A stretch of DNA of 13,200 nucleotides from a bacterium (GTDB lineage Bacteria; Zhuqueibacterota; Zhuqueibacteria; Oceanimicrobiales; Oceanimicrobiaceae). Made by a program: the position numbers and the translations under genes. Location of the stretch: positions 1 through 13,200 of the forward strand of contig JBHIAC010000091.1 of NCBI GenBank assembly GCA_046758365.1, in the 5' to 3' direction. The notes under the pieces were generated by a model that saw only the letters and a list, made by a program, of their open reading frames with translations, had not been told where the DNA came from and did not search any database. This document shows positions 1-7,872 of this stretch, piece by piece; position 1 is the first letter of the stretch, and each line of letters begins with the position of its first letter.

Positions 1-42
1 TATTAATTTTTTCTGAGTTAATGACGCAATCATTTAATTTAA

Positions 43-63
43 TTGCGGTTACGCCGCGCTAGG
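43..63. repeat. Short GC-rich palindromic REP-like repeat, copy 1 (ttgcggttacgccgcgctagg)
   Basis: gcgg/ccgc stem in an AT-rich intergenic region; 17/21 identical to 12053-12073 in the same orientation. Confidence 0.5.
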
Positions 64-94
64 TTTTTAAAACAATTAATAAGCGTGTAATGCG

Positions 95-379
95 ATGCAA
101 TGCTACAATTGTCACACCACCATTGCTATTGACCGTCAACCGAGTCGTAACCAGACCTGTCCTAAGTGCGCGGCTTATTTGCGCTGCTGCCGTAACTGCC
201 GATTTTACGACCCCATGGCTCATAACCAATGCCGGGAACCGCAAGCAGAATGGGTAAAAGATAAAGAAATGGCAAATTTTTGTGATTATTTTGATGCTGC
301 ATCTGAAATTAAAATGAATGAAAGTTCAAAAAGAGAAGAATCCCTAAAAAAATTAAACGAACTTTTTAAGAAAAAATAA
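95..379 (+). CDS. Small cysteine-rich conserved hypothetical protein (probable Zn/metal-binding)
   Basis: 94 aa with CxxC...CPKC...CCRNCRFYD...CREP...DKEMANFCDYF and a charged C-terminal helix ending LNELFKKK. The pattern resembles a widespread conserved hypothetical family. Confidence 0.8.
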   Translation: MQCYNCHTTIAIDRQPSRNQTCPKCAAYLRCCRNCRFYDPMAHNQCREPQAEWVKDKEMANFCDYFDAASEIKMNESSKREESLKKLNELFKKK

Positions 380-499
380 TCCATTGTCTTCTTTTATCGG
401 GGTTCGTCCAAAACATGAAATTGCGCAAACCATACATCAAGCGTTAGCGCGTAAAGTTACTGTGTAATTGTTATTATTAAAAATTATCATTAATAAAGT

Positions 500-535
500 A
501 AGCCCGTGTTTATTAATTTCAATTCGGGCTTTTTT
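500..535 (+). terminator. Possible intrinsic terminator
   Basis: aagcccg (500-506) pairs with cgggctt (525-531), followed by a T-tract. The 18-nt AT-rich interior is long for a terminator loop. Confidence 0.45.
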
Positions 536-669
536 ATATGAAATTATCCTTGTTTTTATTTTTTTAATAGCTTATTTTTCCAGTAAAAGTATTGAAAACT
601 CATCCACGATTTTCTACTTTGTTCATCCCAGTAATTCTAATTCTTTTAATTATTTTCAAGGAGAGCTCC

Positions 670-2460
670 ATGCATAGAATTAAGACCAACCGTTTGTTTG
701 TATTTTCCCTGATTTCTGTTTTTAGTCTCCTTACCACTGGCCCTATAAAGGCAGAGCAAAGGGAGAAGGCCTCAGACAAACTACACCATCTTTTTGAGGA
801 GTTCTGGGAATATACCCTCAAGGACGAGCCTTTGCTGGCCACTTCTCGAGGAGATTTCCGTTATAACGACCGCCTCCCTGAAGAGAGTCCCGAAGCTTTT
901 CAACGACGAAATAGAGCAAATCAGGAGTTTTTAAATCAGTTAAAGAAAATTGATCGAGAAGAACTTTCACCAGAAGACAGACTTAACTACGATCTTTTTG
1001 AAGAACAACTTTTATGGAAATTTGAGGAATTCAAATTCGGGACTTACACGGAACCTGTGCACCAGCGAAGAGGATTTCATCTCAACTTACCCCAGATGTA
1101 CGAACGGGTCCCTTTGCAAACTAAAAAACATTACGGGGATTATCTTGCACGGCTTCAGGCTATTCCCTCTTTAATTGATGACCAGATGGCTCTCCTGCAA
1201 GAAGGAATAAAGCGCGGTATTACACCTCCGCGTCTTGTTTTAGAAGCGGTGCCAAAACAGATTGAAACATTAATCTCAAAACCAATTGAGGCGTTTCCAC
1301 TCTATGAACCTTTCAAATCCTTCCCCCAAGCTTTTAGCGAGAATGAACAGGAAAAATTGAAACAACGAGGTCAGCAAATACTTAAGGAAGCCGTAATTCC
1401 TGCCTTCGACAGGTTCAAACGATTTTTTATAGAAGCATACCTTCCAAAAGCTAAAACAGAGATTGCCACTTCCAAACGGTATCCTCAGGGGGATGCGTTT
1501 TACGCTTTTCGAGTTAGAAGATTTACCACGACCAACCTTTCACCAAAAGAGATTCATGAGATTGGCAAAAAAGAGGTAACCCGGATAAGAAAACGCATGC
1601 AGGAAATAATCGAAAAAACTGGATTTCAGGGTAGCTTTGAAGAGTTCGTAGAGTTTCTCCGAACCGACGCACGTTTTTATTATACTAAACCAGAAGAGCT
1701 TTTGAGAGGCTATCGGGATATCTGCAAAAGAATGGATGCCGCCCTTCCCAAACTTTTTGGTAAACTACCGCGGGCGCCTTATGGTGTTCGTGCCGTGCCT
1801 GAATATGCGGCTCCCCAGGCTACAACGGCTTACTATAACCGACCTTCGGCCGATGGAACTCGGCCCGGCTGGTTCTACGCCAACACTTACGATTTAAGAA
1901 GCCGACCGAAATACGAAATGGAGGCACTGGCCCTGCATGAAGCGGTACCCGGTCACCATCTTCAGATTGCGCTCCAGCAAGAGTTGGAAAACGTTCCCAC
2001 CTTTCGAACCGTAGCAAGTTACACCGCTTTTGTGGAAGGTTGGGGGCTGTATGCAGAAAGCCTTGGTAAAGAGGCGGGTTTTTATCAGGATCCCTACTCT
2101 GAGTTTGGTTTTTTTTCTTATGAGATGTGGCGGGCCTTGCGTTTGGTAGTGGATACAGGAATCCATGCCTTTGGTTGGTCCCGTGAGCAAGCCATCAACT
2201 ATATGCTCGAAAACTCGGCGCTCACCCGAACCAATGTAGCAAATGAAGTAGACCGCTACATAGCCTGGCCCGGCCAAGCTTTGGCCTATAAAATCGGTCA
2301 AATGAAAATCCGGGAGTTGCGGAAGCGTGCGGAGGAGGCTTTAGGCGAAAGTTTTAATGTCCGAGCTTTTCATGATTTGGTTCTAAGCGCCGGTGCCATT
2401 CCTTTGGAGGTGCTGGAACGAAGGATCGTGACTTGGATTACGGAAAAACAAAAGAGCTGA
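670..2460 (+). CDS. DUF885 domain-containing protein (exported; putative metallopeptidase-like)
   Basis: Family motifs HEAVPGHHLQ, TAFVEGWGLYAE, RLVVDTGIH, EVDRYIAWPGQALAYKIG and FHDLVL. ATG at 670 follows the SD aaggag (658-663) and gives a signal-peptide-like N-terminus, so it is preferred over the track start at 592. Confidence 0.9.
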   Translation: MHRIKTNRLFVFSLISVFSLLTTGPIKAEQREKASDKLHHLFEEFWEYTLKDEPLLATSRGDFRYNDRLPEESPEAFQRRNRANQEFLNQLKKIDREELSPEDRLNYDLFEEQLLWKFEEFKFGTYTEPVHQRRGFHLNLPQMYERVPLQTKKHYGDYLARLQAIPSLIDDQMALLQEGIKRGITPPRLVLEAVPKQIETLISKPIEAFPLYEPFKSFPQAFSENEQEKLKQRGQQILKEAVIPAFDRFKRFFIEAYLPKAKTEIATSKRYPQGDAFYAFRVRRFTTTNLSPKEIHEIGKKEVTRIRKRMQEIIEKTGFQGSFEEFVEFLRTDARFYYTKPEELLRGYRDICKRMDAALPKLFGKLPRAPYGVRAVPEYAAPQATTAYYNRPSADGTRPGWFYANTYDLRSRPKYEMEALALHEAVPGHHLQIALQQELENVPTFRTVASYTAFVEGWGLYAESLGKEAGFYQDPYSEFGFFSYEMWRALRLVVDTGIHAFGWSREQAINYMLENSALTRTNVANEVDRYIAWPGQALAYKIGQMKIRELRKRAEEALGESFNVRAFHDLVLSAGAIPLEVLERRIVTWITEKQKS

Positions 2461-2594
2461 GGTCCTGCCATTCCACTTAGCATTGGATAATTATTTTCCA
2501 TTGGCAGGAAATAATACATACTTGAAATTCCATCGAACAATTTATTCACTTTTCTTCCTCTTGAAAATTTTTGACTTATAACATAAAACATACC

Positions 2595-2611
2595 TTGGCA
2601 CACCATTTGCA
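2595..2611 (+). promoter_or_regulatory. Sigma-54 (RpoN) -24/-12 promoter
   Basis: tTGGCAC-accat-TTGCA. GG at 2597-2598 and GC at 2609-2610 are separated by exactly 10 nt, matching TGGCAC-N5-TTGCW. Confidence 0.7.
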
Positions 2612-2656
2612 AAAATTAGCTAAAATTGGTAGCGTCAAAAGTTATATGAAAAAATG

Positions 2657-2878
2657 AAATTCCCATCTGATAGAAACAACCCAACAGATTAAAGATGAAA
2701 GAAGATACAGAATTTCTGTATGAAGATTTAACTCATAATATAATTGGATGTTTAGGTATGAAAATAGGTCTTATTGCAAATTTTGGCAAGAATGAATCAG
2801 AGCTGCGGGGGATTCGAGCTTGATATTTTATAGCATAAAGTTTTTATCTGTTGGGTTGTTTCTATCTGTTGGAGATTT
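2657..2878. mobile_element. Inverted-repeat-bounded miniature GxxExxY-derived element (MITE-like)
   Basis: gatagaaacaacccaacagat (2669-2689) is the exact reverse complement of atctgttgggttgtttctatc (2846-2866). The match extends to 2657-2689 / 2846-2878 with 4 mismatches and encloses a GxxExxY remnant ORF. No target-site duplication is visible. Confidence 0.6.
2695..2823 (+). pseudogene. Internally deleted GxxExxY-family protein remnant (42 aa)
   Basis: MKEDTEFLYEDLTHNIIGC|LGMKIGLIANFGKNESELRGIRA*. The N-part matches the family start (LYxxLTxxIIGC) and the C-part matches the family end (GxxxGLLxNFG). The central GxxExxY and PD-(D/E)xK-like core is absent. Confidence 0.7.
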
Positions 2879-3007
2879 AATAACCACAGTATTTTTACTT
2901 TTATATCTTACATCCAAGTAGGGAGAAAAGTTAAAAATCTCAAATTTTTATGATTATAAATAAGTTATCTTAACAACATCTTAAAAAATTATCAAGAAGG
3001 AAATATT

Positions 3008-3790
3008 ATGCGAAATTTCACAGTCTTTTTAATTCTCCCTTTATTACTAGGTATCTTCTTAATTGGATGTGGCAAAAGTCCAACCACACCTACTGATAAG
3101 GGCACGCTAATAGTCAGTTTAACGGATGCCCCCGCTGAATTCCAGGAGGTTAATATTACGTTTTCGGAGATCAGCGCTCACATTGATGAGCAATGGATAA
3201 CTGTACGCGGCGAACCCATAACCGTAAATTTATTGGAATGGAATAACGGTCAATCCATAGTAATTGGCACCGCTGAAGTGCCTGCCGGTCACTACACCCA
3301 AATTCGACTCAAAATTGACAACGCCCAAGTCGTCGTAAACGGTGAATCCCAATCCGTAACAGTACCCAGTGGTGCCCAAACAGGATTAAAACTCGTCTCT
3401 CAATTCACCATCCCTGCCGGCTCAACCTTCGAACTGATTATCGATTTTGATGCCAACAGTTCCATTTTCATCACAGGACCGCCGAACAATTCAAACGGCT
3501 ATATATTAAAGCCAACGATACGAGTAATATCTAAGGCCATTACAGGGTCTATCTCAGGGACAGTCACTAATCCAGATAATCCGTCCATTGCTTACGCCAT
3601 TGTAGAAGATGACACGGTAACCTCAACTCCTGTGGATAAAAATAGTGGAGTATTTATGCTTACGTTTTTGCCTGAAGGTACCTACACTGTAAGCATTAAG
3701 GATATTTTAAATAAGTCATTTGTAGTGAATTATTTGGAGGTTGTTGTTGGTTCTGGCCATGACCTGGGGATGATTACTTTACAACAATAA
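3008..3790 (+). CDS. DUF4382 domain lipoprotein, paralogue A
   Basis: Lipobox LIGC (Cys21); motifs LTDAP, GHYTQIRL, VPSGAQTGLK, IDFDA and YILKPTIR; C-terminal beta-sandwich (GSISGTV...LPEGTYTV). Confidence 0.9.
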   Translation: MRNFTVFLILPLLLGIFLIGCGKSPTTPTDKGTLIVSLTDAPAEFQEVNITFSEISAHIDEQWITVRGEPITVNLLEWNNGQSIVIGTAEVPAGHYTQIRLKIDNAQVVVNGESQSVTVPSGAQTGLKLVSQFTIPAGSTFELIIDFDANSSIFITGPPNNSNGYILKPTIRVISKAITGSISGTVTNPDNPSIAYAIVEDDTVTSTPVDKNSGVFMLTFLPEGTYTVSIKDILNKSFVVNYLEVVVGSGHDLGMITLQQ

Positions 3791-3914
3791 ACTTAGAGCC
3801 CTATTTAACAAACTTGCTGGTCAAATTATTTTTATTCACCTCTCAAGACCAAAGACTATTCTGTCAATACTTATAAAGGAGACTATACCGAATTTTGTAG
3901 ATTGGTATGGGGCA

Positions 3915-4184
3915 ATGCAATGTAAGGAGTGTAATAATACAGGTTATTGTACATGGTGTAAGGGAACCGGCAAAGAAGGATTAGCTTCAATGTGTCGCAG
4001 CTGTCATGGTTATGGTCTATGTTTATCTTGCGGTGATATGAAAGTCGAGAAGCGGTCAATCCATGCGAAGGTAGAATACGATGAGATTCAGAGGACAACT
4101 AAAAGACCCCTATCGACAGGGAAAATTGTGGATGGTTTTGAGGATATAAATTTAATTTTAAATCAAAAGTATCATCGAAAATAA
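3915..4184 (+). CDS. Small DnaJ-like CxxCxGxG zinc-finger protein
   Basis: CKECNNTGYCTWCKGTG...CRSCHGYGLCLSCG contains four CxxC pairs, two of them CxxCxGxG. There is no J-domain (no HPD motif). The start is uncertain. Confidence 0.7.
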   Translation: MQCKECNNTGYCTWCKGTGKEGLASMCRSCHGYGLCLSCGDMKVEKRSIHAKVEYDEIQRTTKRPLSTGKIVDGFEDINLILNQKYHRK

Positions 4185-4238
4185 AACTCCATCAAAATCT
4201 TATATAGTGGTGGGAATTTTATACATAATTGACATTTT

Positions 4239-4267
4239 TTGTATTGGTATTTTAATAGTTTTATAAT
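4239..4267 (+). promoter_or_regulatory. Possible sigma-70 promoter upstream of paralogue B
   Basis: TTGTAT (4239-4244), 17-nt spacer, TATAAT (4262-4267). The AT-rich context lowers specificity. Confidence 0.35.
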
Positions 4268-4301
4268 TTAAAAATTTTAAACTAACATTAAAAAGAACCG
4301 C

Positions 4302-4317
4302 TGACACCTTATTTGCA
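4302..4317 (+). promoter_or_regulatory. Degenerate sigma-54 promoter (invariant -24 GG changed to GA)
   Basis: TGACAC-cttat-TTGCA, with correct spacing, ending about 52 nt before the ATG at 4370. It differs from the 2596-2611 consensus elements by one base. Confidence 0.5.
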
Positions 4318-4369
4318 TTTACTTTAAAGAAATATAATAAATATTTAATTTTATCATGGAGGCTATGTT

Positions 4370-5146
4370 ATGCGATTCCTTTCAAGTCTTTTACTAATTC
4401 TTTTTTTATCACTTGTATTTATAATAGGATGTGGCGATAGTTCAACATCACCAAGCGAATCGGGTAACTTAAAAGTCAGCTTAACGGATGCCCCCGCCTC
4501 ATTTGAGGCCGTCAACATCACTTTTTCTGAGCTCAGTGCCCACATTGATGACCAGTGGATAACCGTAAGAGGCGAGCTAATAACTGTAAATTTGTTGAAA
4601 TGGAATAATGGCAAATCTATCGTCATAGGCACTGCGGAAGTCCCTGCCGGGCATTACACCCAAATTCGACTCAAGATCGATAACGCTGAGGTTATAGTAG
4701 ATGGTCAAACACACCAAGTAGTTGTACCCAGTGGAGCACAAACTGGGCTAAAACTTGTTTCTGAGTTTACCATTAATGCTGGCTCTACATTTGAGTTGAT
4801 TATCGATTTTGATGCTCATAGGTCAGTCGTAACAACAGGTCCACCCAACAATCCAAATGGTTATATATTAAAACCCACAATTCGTGTAGAGCCAAAGGCA
4901 ATCACGGGTTCCATCTCGGGTACCGTTACCAATCCCCAGAATTTACCCTTGGCCTATGCCATCGCGGGAAGTGATACCTTGAATTCAACGGCTGTTGATA
5001 CAAGCGGTGCCTTTATGCTGGCATTTCTACCTGAAGATACCTATATTGTAAGTATTAGAGATACTTTAAATCAATCATTTGAAAAAAATGATGTGGAGGT
5101 GGTTGCCGGATTAGACAATGACCTTGGGATGATTACACTACAGTAA
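4370..5146 (+). CDS. DUF4382 domain lipoprotein, paralogue B
   Basis: SD ggagg (4358-4362); lipobox IIGC (Cys21); same motifs as paralogue A, with about 80% identity over residues 21-189 by manual alignment. Confidence 0.9.
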   Translation: MRFLSSLLLILFLSLVFIIGCGDSSTSPSESGNLKVSLTDAPASFEAVNITFSELSAHIDDQWITVRGELITVNLLKWNNGKSIVIGTAEVPAGHYTQIRLKIDNAEVIVDGQTHQVVVPSGAQTGLKLVSEFTINAGSTFELIIDFDAHRSVVTTGPPNNPNGYILKPTIRVEPKAITGSISGTVTNPQNLPLAYAIAGSDTLNSTAVDTSGAFMLAFLPEDTYIVSIRDTLNQSFEKNDVEVVAGLDNDLGMITLQ

Positions 5147-5205
5147 GTACATCTGCCTTTGCTTCGCAGAACCTTTTTGATCGACAAGTTTAAATGAAAA
5201 CAAAT

Positions 5206-5230
5206 AAGCCCCATCAAGCGATGGGGCTTT
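5206..5230. terminator. Intrinsic terminator between convergent genes, probably bidirectional
   Basis: Perfect 10-bp stem aagccccatc / gatggggctt with a 4-nt loop (aagc), A-rich on the left and T-rich on the right. Confidence 0.85.
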
Positions 5231-5256
5231 GACTACTAATTGTTAATCACCAGCGG

Positions 5257-7872
5257 TTATTTCAACAATACCATTTTTCGAGTCTGCTCAAAATCTCCAG
5301 CTTTAATTTGATAAATATAAGCCCCGCTAGGCAACGTTCGACCAGAGTCATCTCTACCGTCCCAAAGTACTGAATGAAAACCGGCTGATGTAATCTCATT
5401 CACAAGAGTTCGCACCAACTGTCCTTGGACATTAAAAATCTTTAAGCTTACATGCGACTCACGGGGAAGGTCGTAATTAATATTAGTCGTCGGGTTGAAT
5501 GGGTTTGGAAAATTGTGAGCCAGTTGAAATTCTGTCGGTAATTTAACAACTTCCAATGAGCCATCCTCAGAGGCAAGTTTTGGTAAAGCATTTACAACGT
5601 CGGCAAATAAATCAAACCTTTCTTCACCTTCCCATACGGTGAATCCATTAACAAAGACACTCCAAGTTCCGCTTAAAGGATTGCTGATGTTTAATCTCTC
5701 TGGTGAGTCGAGTGAAAGTCCATCAATATCGAAGTCACCGTCATTGTCAAGTAATAGTGGGAAAATACTACCGGGAGGGAAAACGAACATGTCCAAATCG
5801 TCAGTTGGATACATGCCCCAATCATCATCCCAGACCAGCCTGAAGCGGAGTTCGTTAGCTCCAGAAGGCACATTTATTTGAAAGCCCTTAAAACCTCCCT
5901 CAGCTACAAGTCCATTTGCGTGAAAACCTTGCTCCTCGCCAAAATGTTCTTGGACAATATTGACATCAGCCGAAATATTGCCTGCATTTGTCCAATCCCC
6001 GCTGATGGTAATGCGTGCGATACCAACATCGAGATCGGAACCCTCGAGGACAAAGGTTGCGCCTCCGACTCCAACAAAAGCGAGCGTTCCAGCTCTATAA
6101 TCATCGACACCAGATGTTTTAGCGCTGTGTATACCAACAAGCAGATCGTCTCCAAATAATTGATTTTGTTCGGCAGGGGGAAGTTCAGGGCTAACGTTTG
6201 AAATGGTGACCGTTACCCTTTTCACGGTCTTTTTGATATCATAAAAATATTCTGCGCGTTCACCCGGTCGAAGTGCGCCTGTATTTGCGGAGAAATTATT
6301 CTCGGTAATGACATTGATTCCAGTTCCTTCTTGGATATTTTGTGTAACCTTTTTCTTACCAATCCCTTCGTCCGCAGGGTTAGCAGCACCGTTGTTCAGT
6401 GCTGTGTGCCCATTTAGCACATCTAAGAAACCAAACCCTTGATCATTTGGCCCCGAGTTGTCTTCAAGCACGTTCGGATTGGCACCATTCAGCAGCGCGG
6501 CTCGAATTTGATCGGGCGTAGCATCAGGGTTGGCAGAGAGCAGTAAAGCTGCCGCACCAGCCACCATAGGTGAAGAGAAAGACGTGCCGCTGACGATGGC
6601 CAGCCCTCCACTAGCGCTCTGAGCAAAGATAGCACGACCAGGCGCGGTGATATCCGGATCGAAGCGGCCGTCCGCCGTCGGACCACGGGAGCTAAAAAAG
6701 ACGGTTTGGTGGGTATCGTTAGCACGCCACAGGCTCCCGATCCCCAGGCCGAATTGCAAGTCCCGAAGAATTTTCTCATAGGCTGCGACATCGGTTGCGC
6801 CAACGGTCAGATTATTGTGAGCCAAGCCTGGGTCGCCACCAGTCATACTGCTTGGACCTTCATTGCCGGCGGAAAAGCAAGTCATGATCCCCACATCTTG
6901 AAGTTCTTGAACCATGCCGGCAAAAAATGGATCATCGCCTGCAAACAGGGTTGGGCCACCGAAGGAGCCGTTCAGAACCTGGATGTTCACATCACCTGAA
7001 AGTTTCAGCTCAATAGTTTGGTCGAATGCAGCCAAGATGATGCTGTTGGACGTAAATCCTGCAACATTGAAAACCTTCAGTGCAAAAAACTGCGCAAATG
7101 GTGCTTGACCAACCATTGGAACTCCGTCAATATTACCCCTGAAAAAGCGGGGAAGAATTGCATCCGGCAGATGGGTCTTTAAAGACCGCGCAAAAGTACT
7201 TTTCGAAGAGAAACCGAAAATAACGTTTGCGCCGAGAGTGGTCGCCACCCAGGTGCCATGGGGATTATTCAATGGACTGTTTGCTCCAAGGCCATCATCA
7301 AGAGTGGGGTTTACCGACAGAAAACTTTCACCGCCAAGTACACGGCCGCTAATTGCAGCCACATCAGCGGTGCCGGTATCCATGATGCCAACAATCACGC
7401 CTTCACCAAAATGACCAGTGGCACTCCAAAAGTCTGAAGCACGAGTTAGATTGACTTCGGTTGGGAAATAACCCTCTGGCGCAGTCGAAGTGAATTCTAT
7501 AATATCACCTGATAATTGAGTAGAGCTAATTTCATGTATTGAAGAGACCTCGCCAAAGCCCTGGCGCGGGACCTGGGGTGGATCTACCAGGGAAAATGTT
7601 ATATCACGGACAAAGGCGTTGATATCAGGCAGCCCCTGGATATCGGACAGCTTGTCTCTGGGAATTGTTGCCGCAATAGCGTCAATGTGTTTATACTGGT
7701 GGCGAACCGTTCCGCCCACAGCCTCGATTTGCGCCACAATCTCATTGTATGGTTTGTGATAACCGATTAAAACATCAACGTCGTCCCCCCCAGCACTTGC
7801 CATTTGCGGAATTGCAAGAAAGTTTAAGACAAACACAACGGTTACAAACGAACGCCAAAATAATACTTTCAT
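5257..7872 (-). CDS. Secreted S8 family serine peptidase (subtilase) with I9-like prodomain, PPC-like domain and C-terminal T9SS type A / FlgD-Ig sorting domain
   Basis: Signal peptide ending ASA; catalytic triad IMDTG, HGTWVA, GTSFSSPMVAG; oxyanion SAGNEG; FSSRGP...PDITAPG; C-terminal NFPNPFNPTTNI.Y...KIFNVQGQLVRTL...WDGRD...SGAYIY...RKMVLLK. SD aaggag at 7881-7886 on the minus strand. Confidence 0.93.
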   Translation of the reverse strand: MKVLFWRSFVTVVFVLNFLAIPQMASAGGDDVDVLIGYHKPYNEIVAQIEAVGGTVRHQYKHIDAIAATIPRDKLSDIQGLPDINAFVRDITFSLVDPPQVPRQGFGEVSSIHEISSTQLSGDIIEFTSTAPEGYFPTEVNLTRASDFWSATGHFGEGVIVGIMDTGTADVAAISGRVLGGESFLSVNPTLDDGLGANSPLNNPHGTWVATTLGANVIFGFSSKSTFARSLKTHLPDAILPRFFRGNIDGVPMVGQAPFAQFFALKVFNVAGFTSNSIILAAFDQTIELKLSGDVNIQVLNGSFGGPTLFAGDDPFFAGMVQELQDVGIMTCFSAGNEGPSSMTGGDPGLAHNNLTVGATDVAAYEKILRDLQFGLGIGSLWRANDTHQTVFFSSRGPTADGRFDPDITAPGRAIFAQSASGGLAIVSGTSFSSPMVAGAAALLLSANPDATPDQIRAALLNGANPNVLEDNSGPNDQGFGFLDVLNGHTALNNGAANPADEGIGKKKVTQNIQEGTGINVITENNFSANTGALRPGERAEYFYDIKKTVKRVTVTISNVSPELPPAEQNQLFGDDLLVGIHSAKTSGVDDYRAGTLAFVGVGGATFVLEGSDLDVGIARITISGDWTNAGNISADVNIVQEHFGEEQGFHANGLVAEGGFKGFQINVPSGANELRFRLVWDDDWGMYPTDDLDMFVFPPGSIFPLLLDNDGDFDIDGLSLDSPERLNISNPLSGTWSVFVNGFTVWEGEERFDLFADVVNALPKLASEDGSLEVVKLPTEFQLAHNFPNPFNPTTNINYDLPRESHVSLKIFNVQGQLVRTLVNEITSAGFHSVLWDGRDDSGRTLPSGAYIYQIKAGDFEQTRKMVLLK

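Noticed and set aside
421..454. attC-like fragment (gcgcaaac...aagcgttagcgc)
   Set aside because: Too short, core sites imperfect, no L boxes, no second copy and no integrase in the window.
592..669. Upstream TTG start for DUF885 from the ORF track
   Set aside because: It has no SD, whereas the ATG at 670 has aaggag and gives a normal signal peptide.
468..677. 69-aa hydrophobic ORF
   Set aside because: TTG start without an SD, runs through a terminator-like hairpin, and its composition reflects AT-rich intergenic DNA.
5639..7108. Several antisense or alternate-frame ORFs within the S8 peptidase
   Set aside because: Shadow ORFs with no motifs. The same applies to those overlapping DUF885, DUF4382, the Zn-finger gene and comEC.
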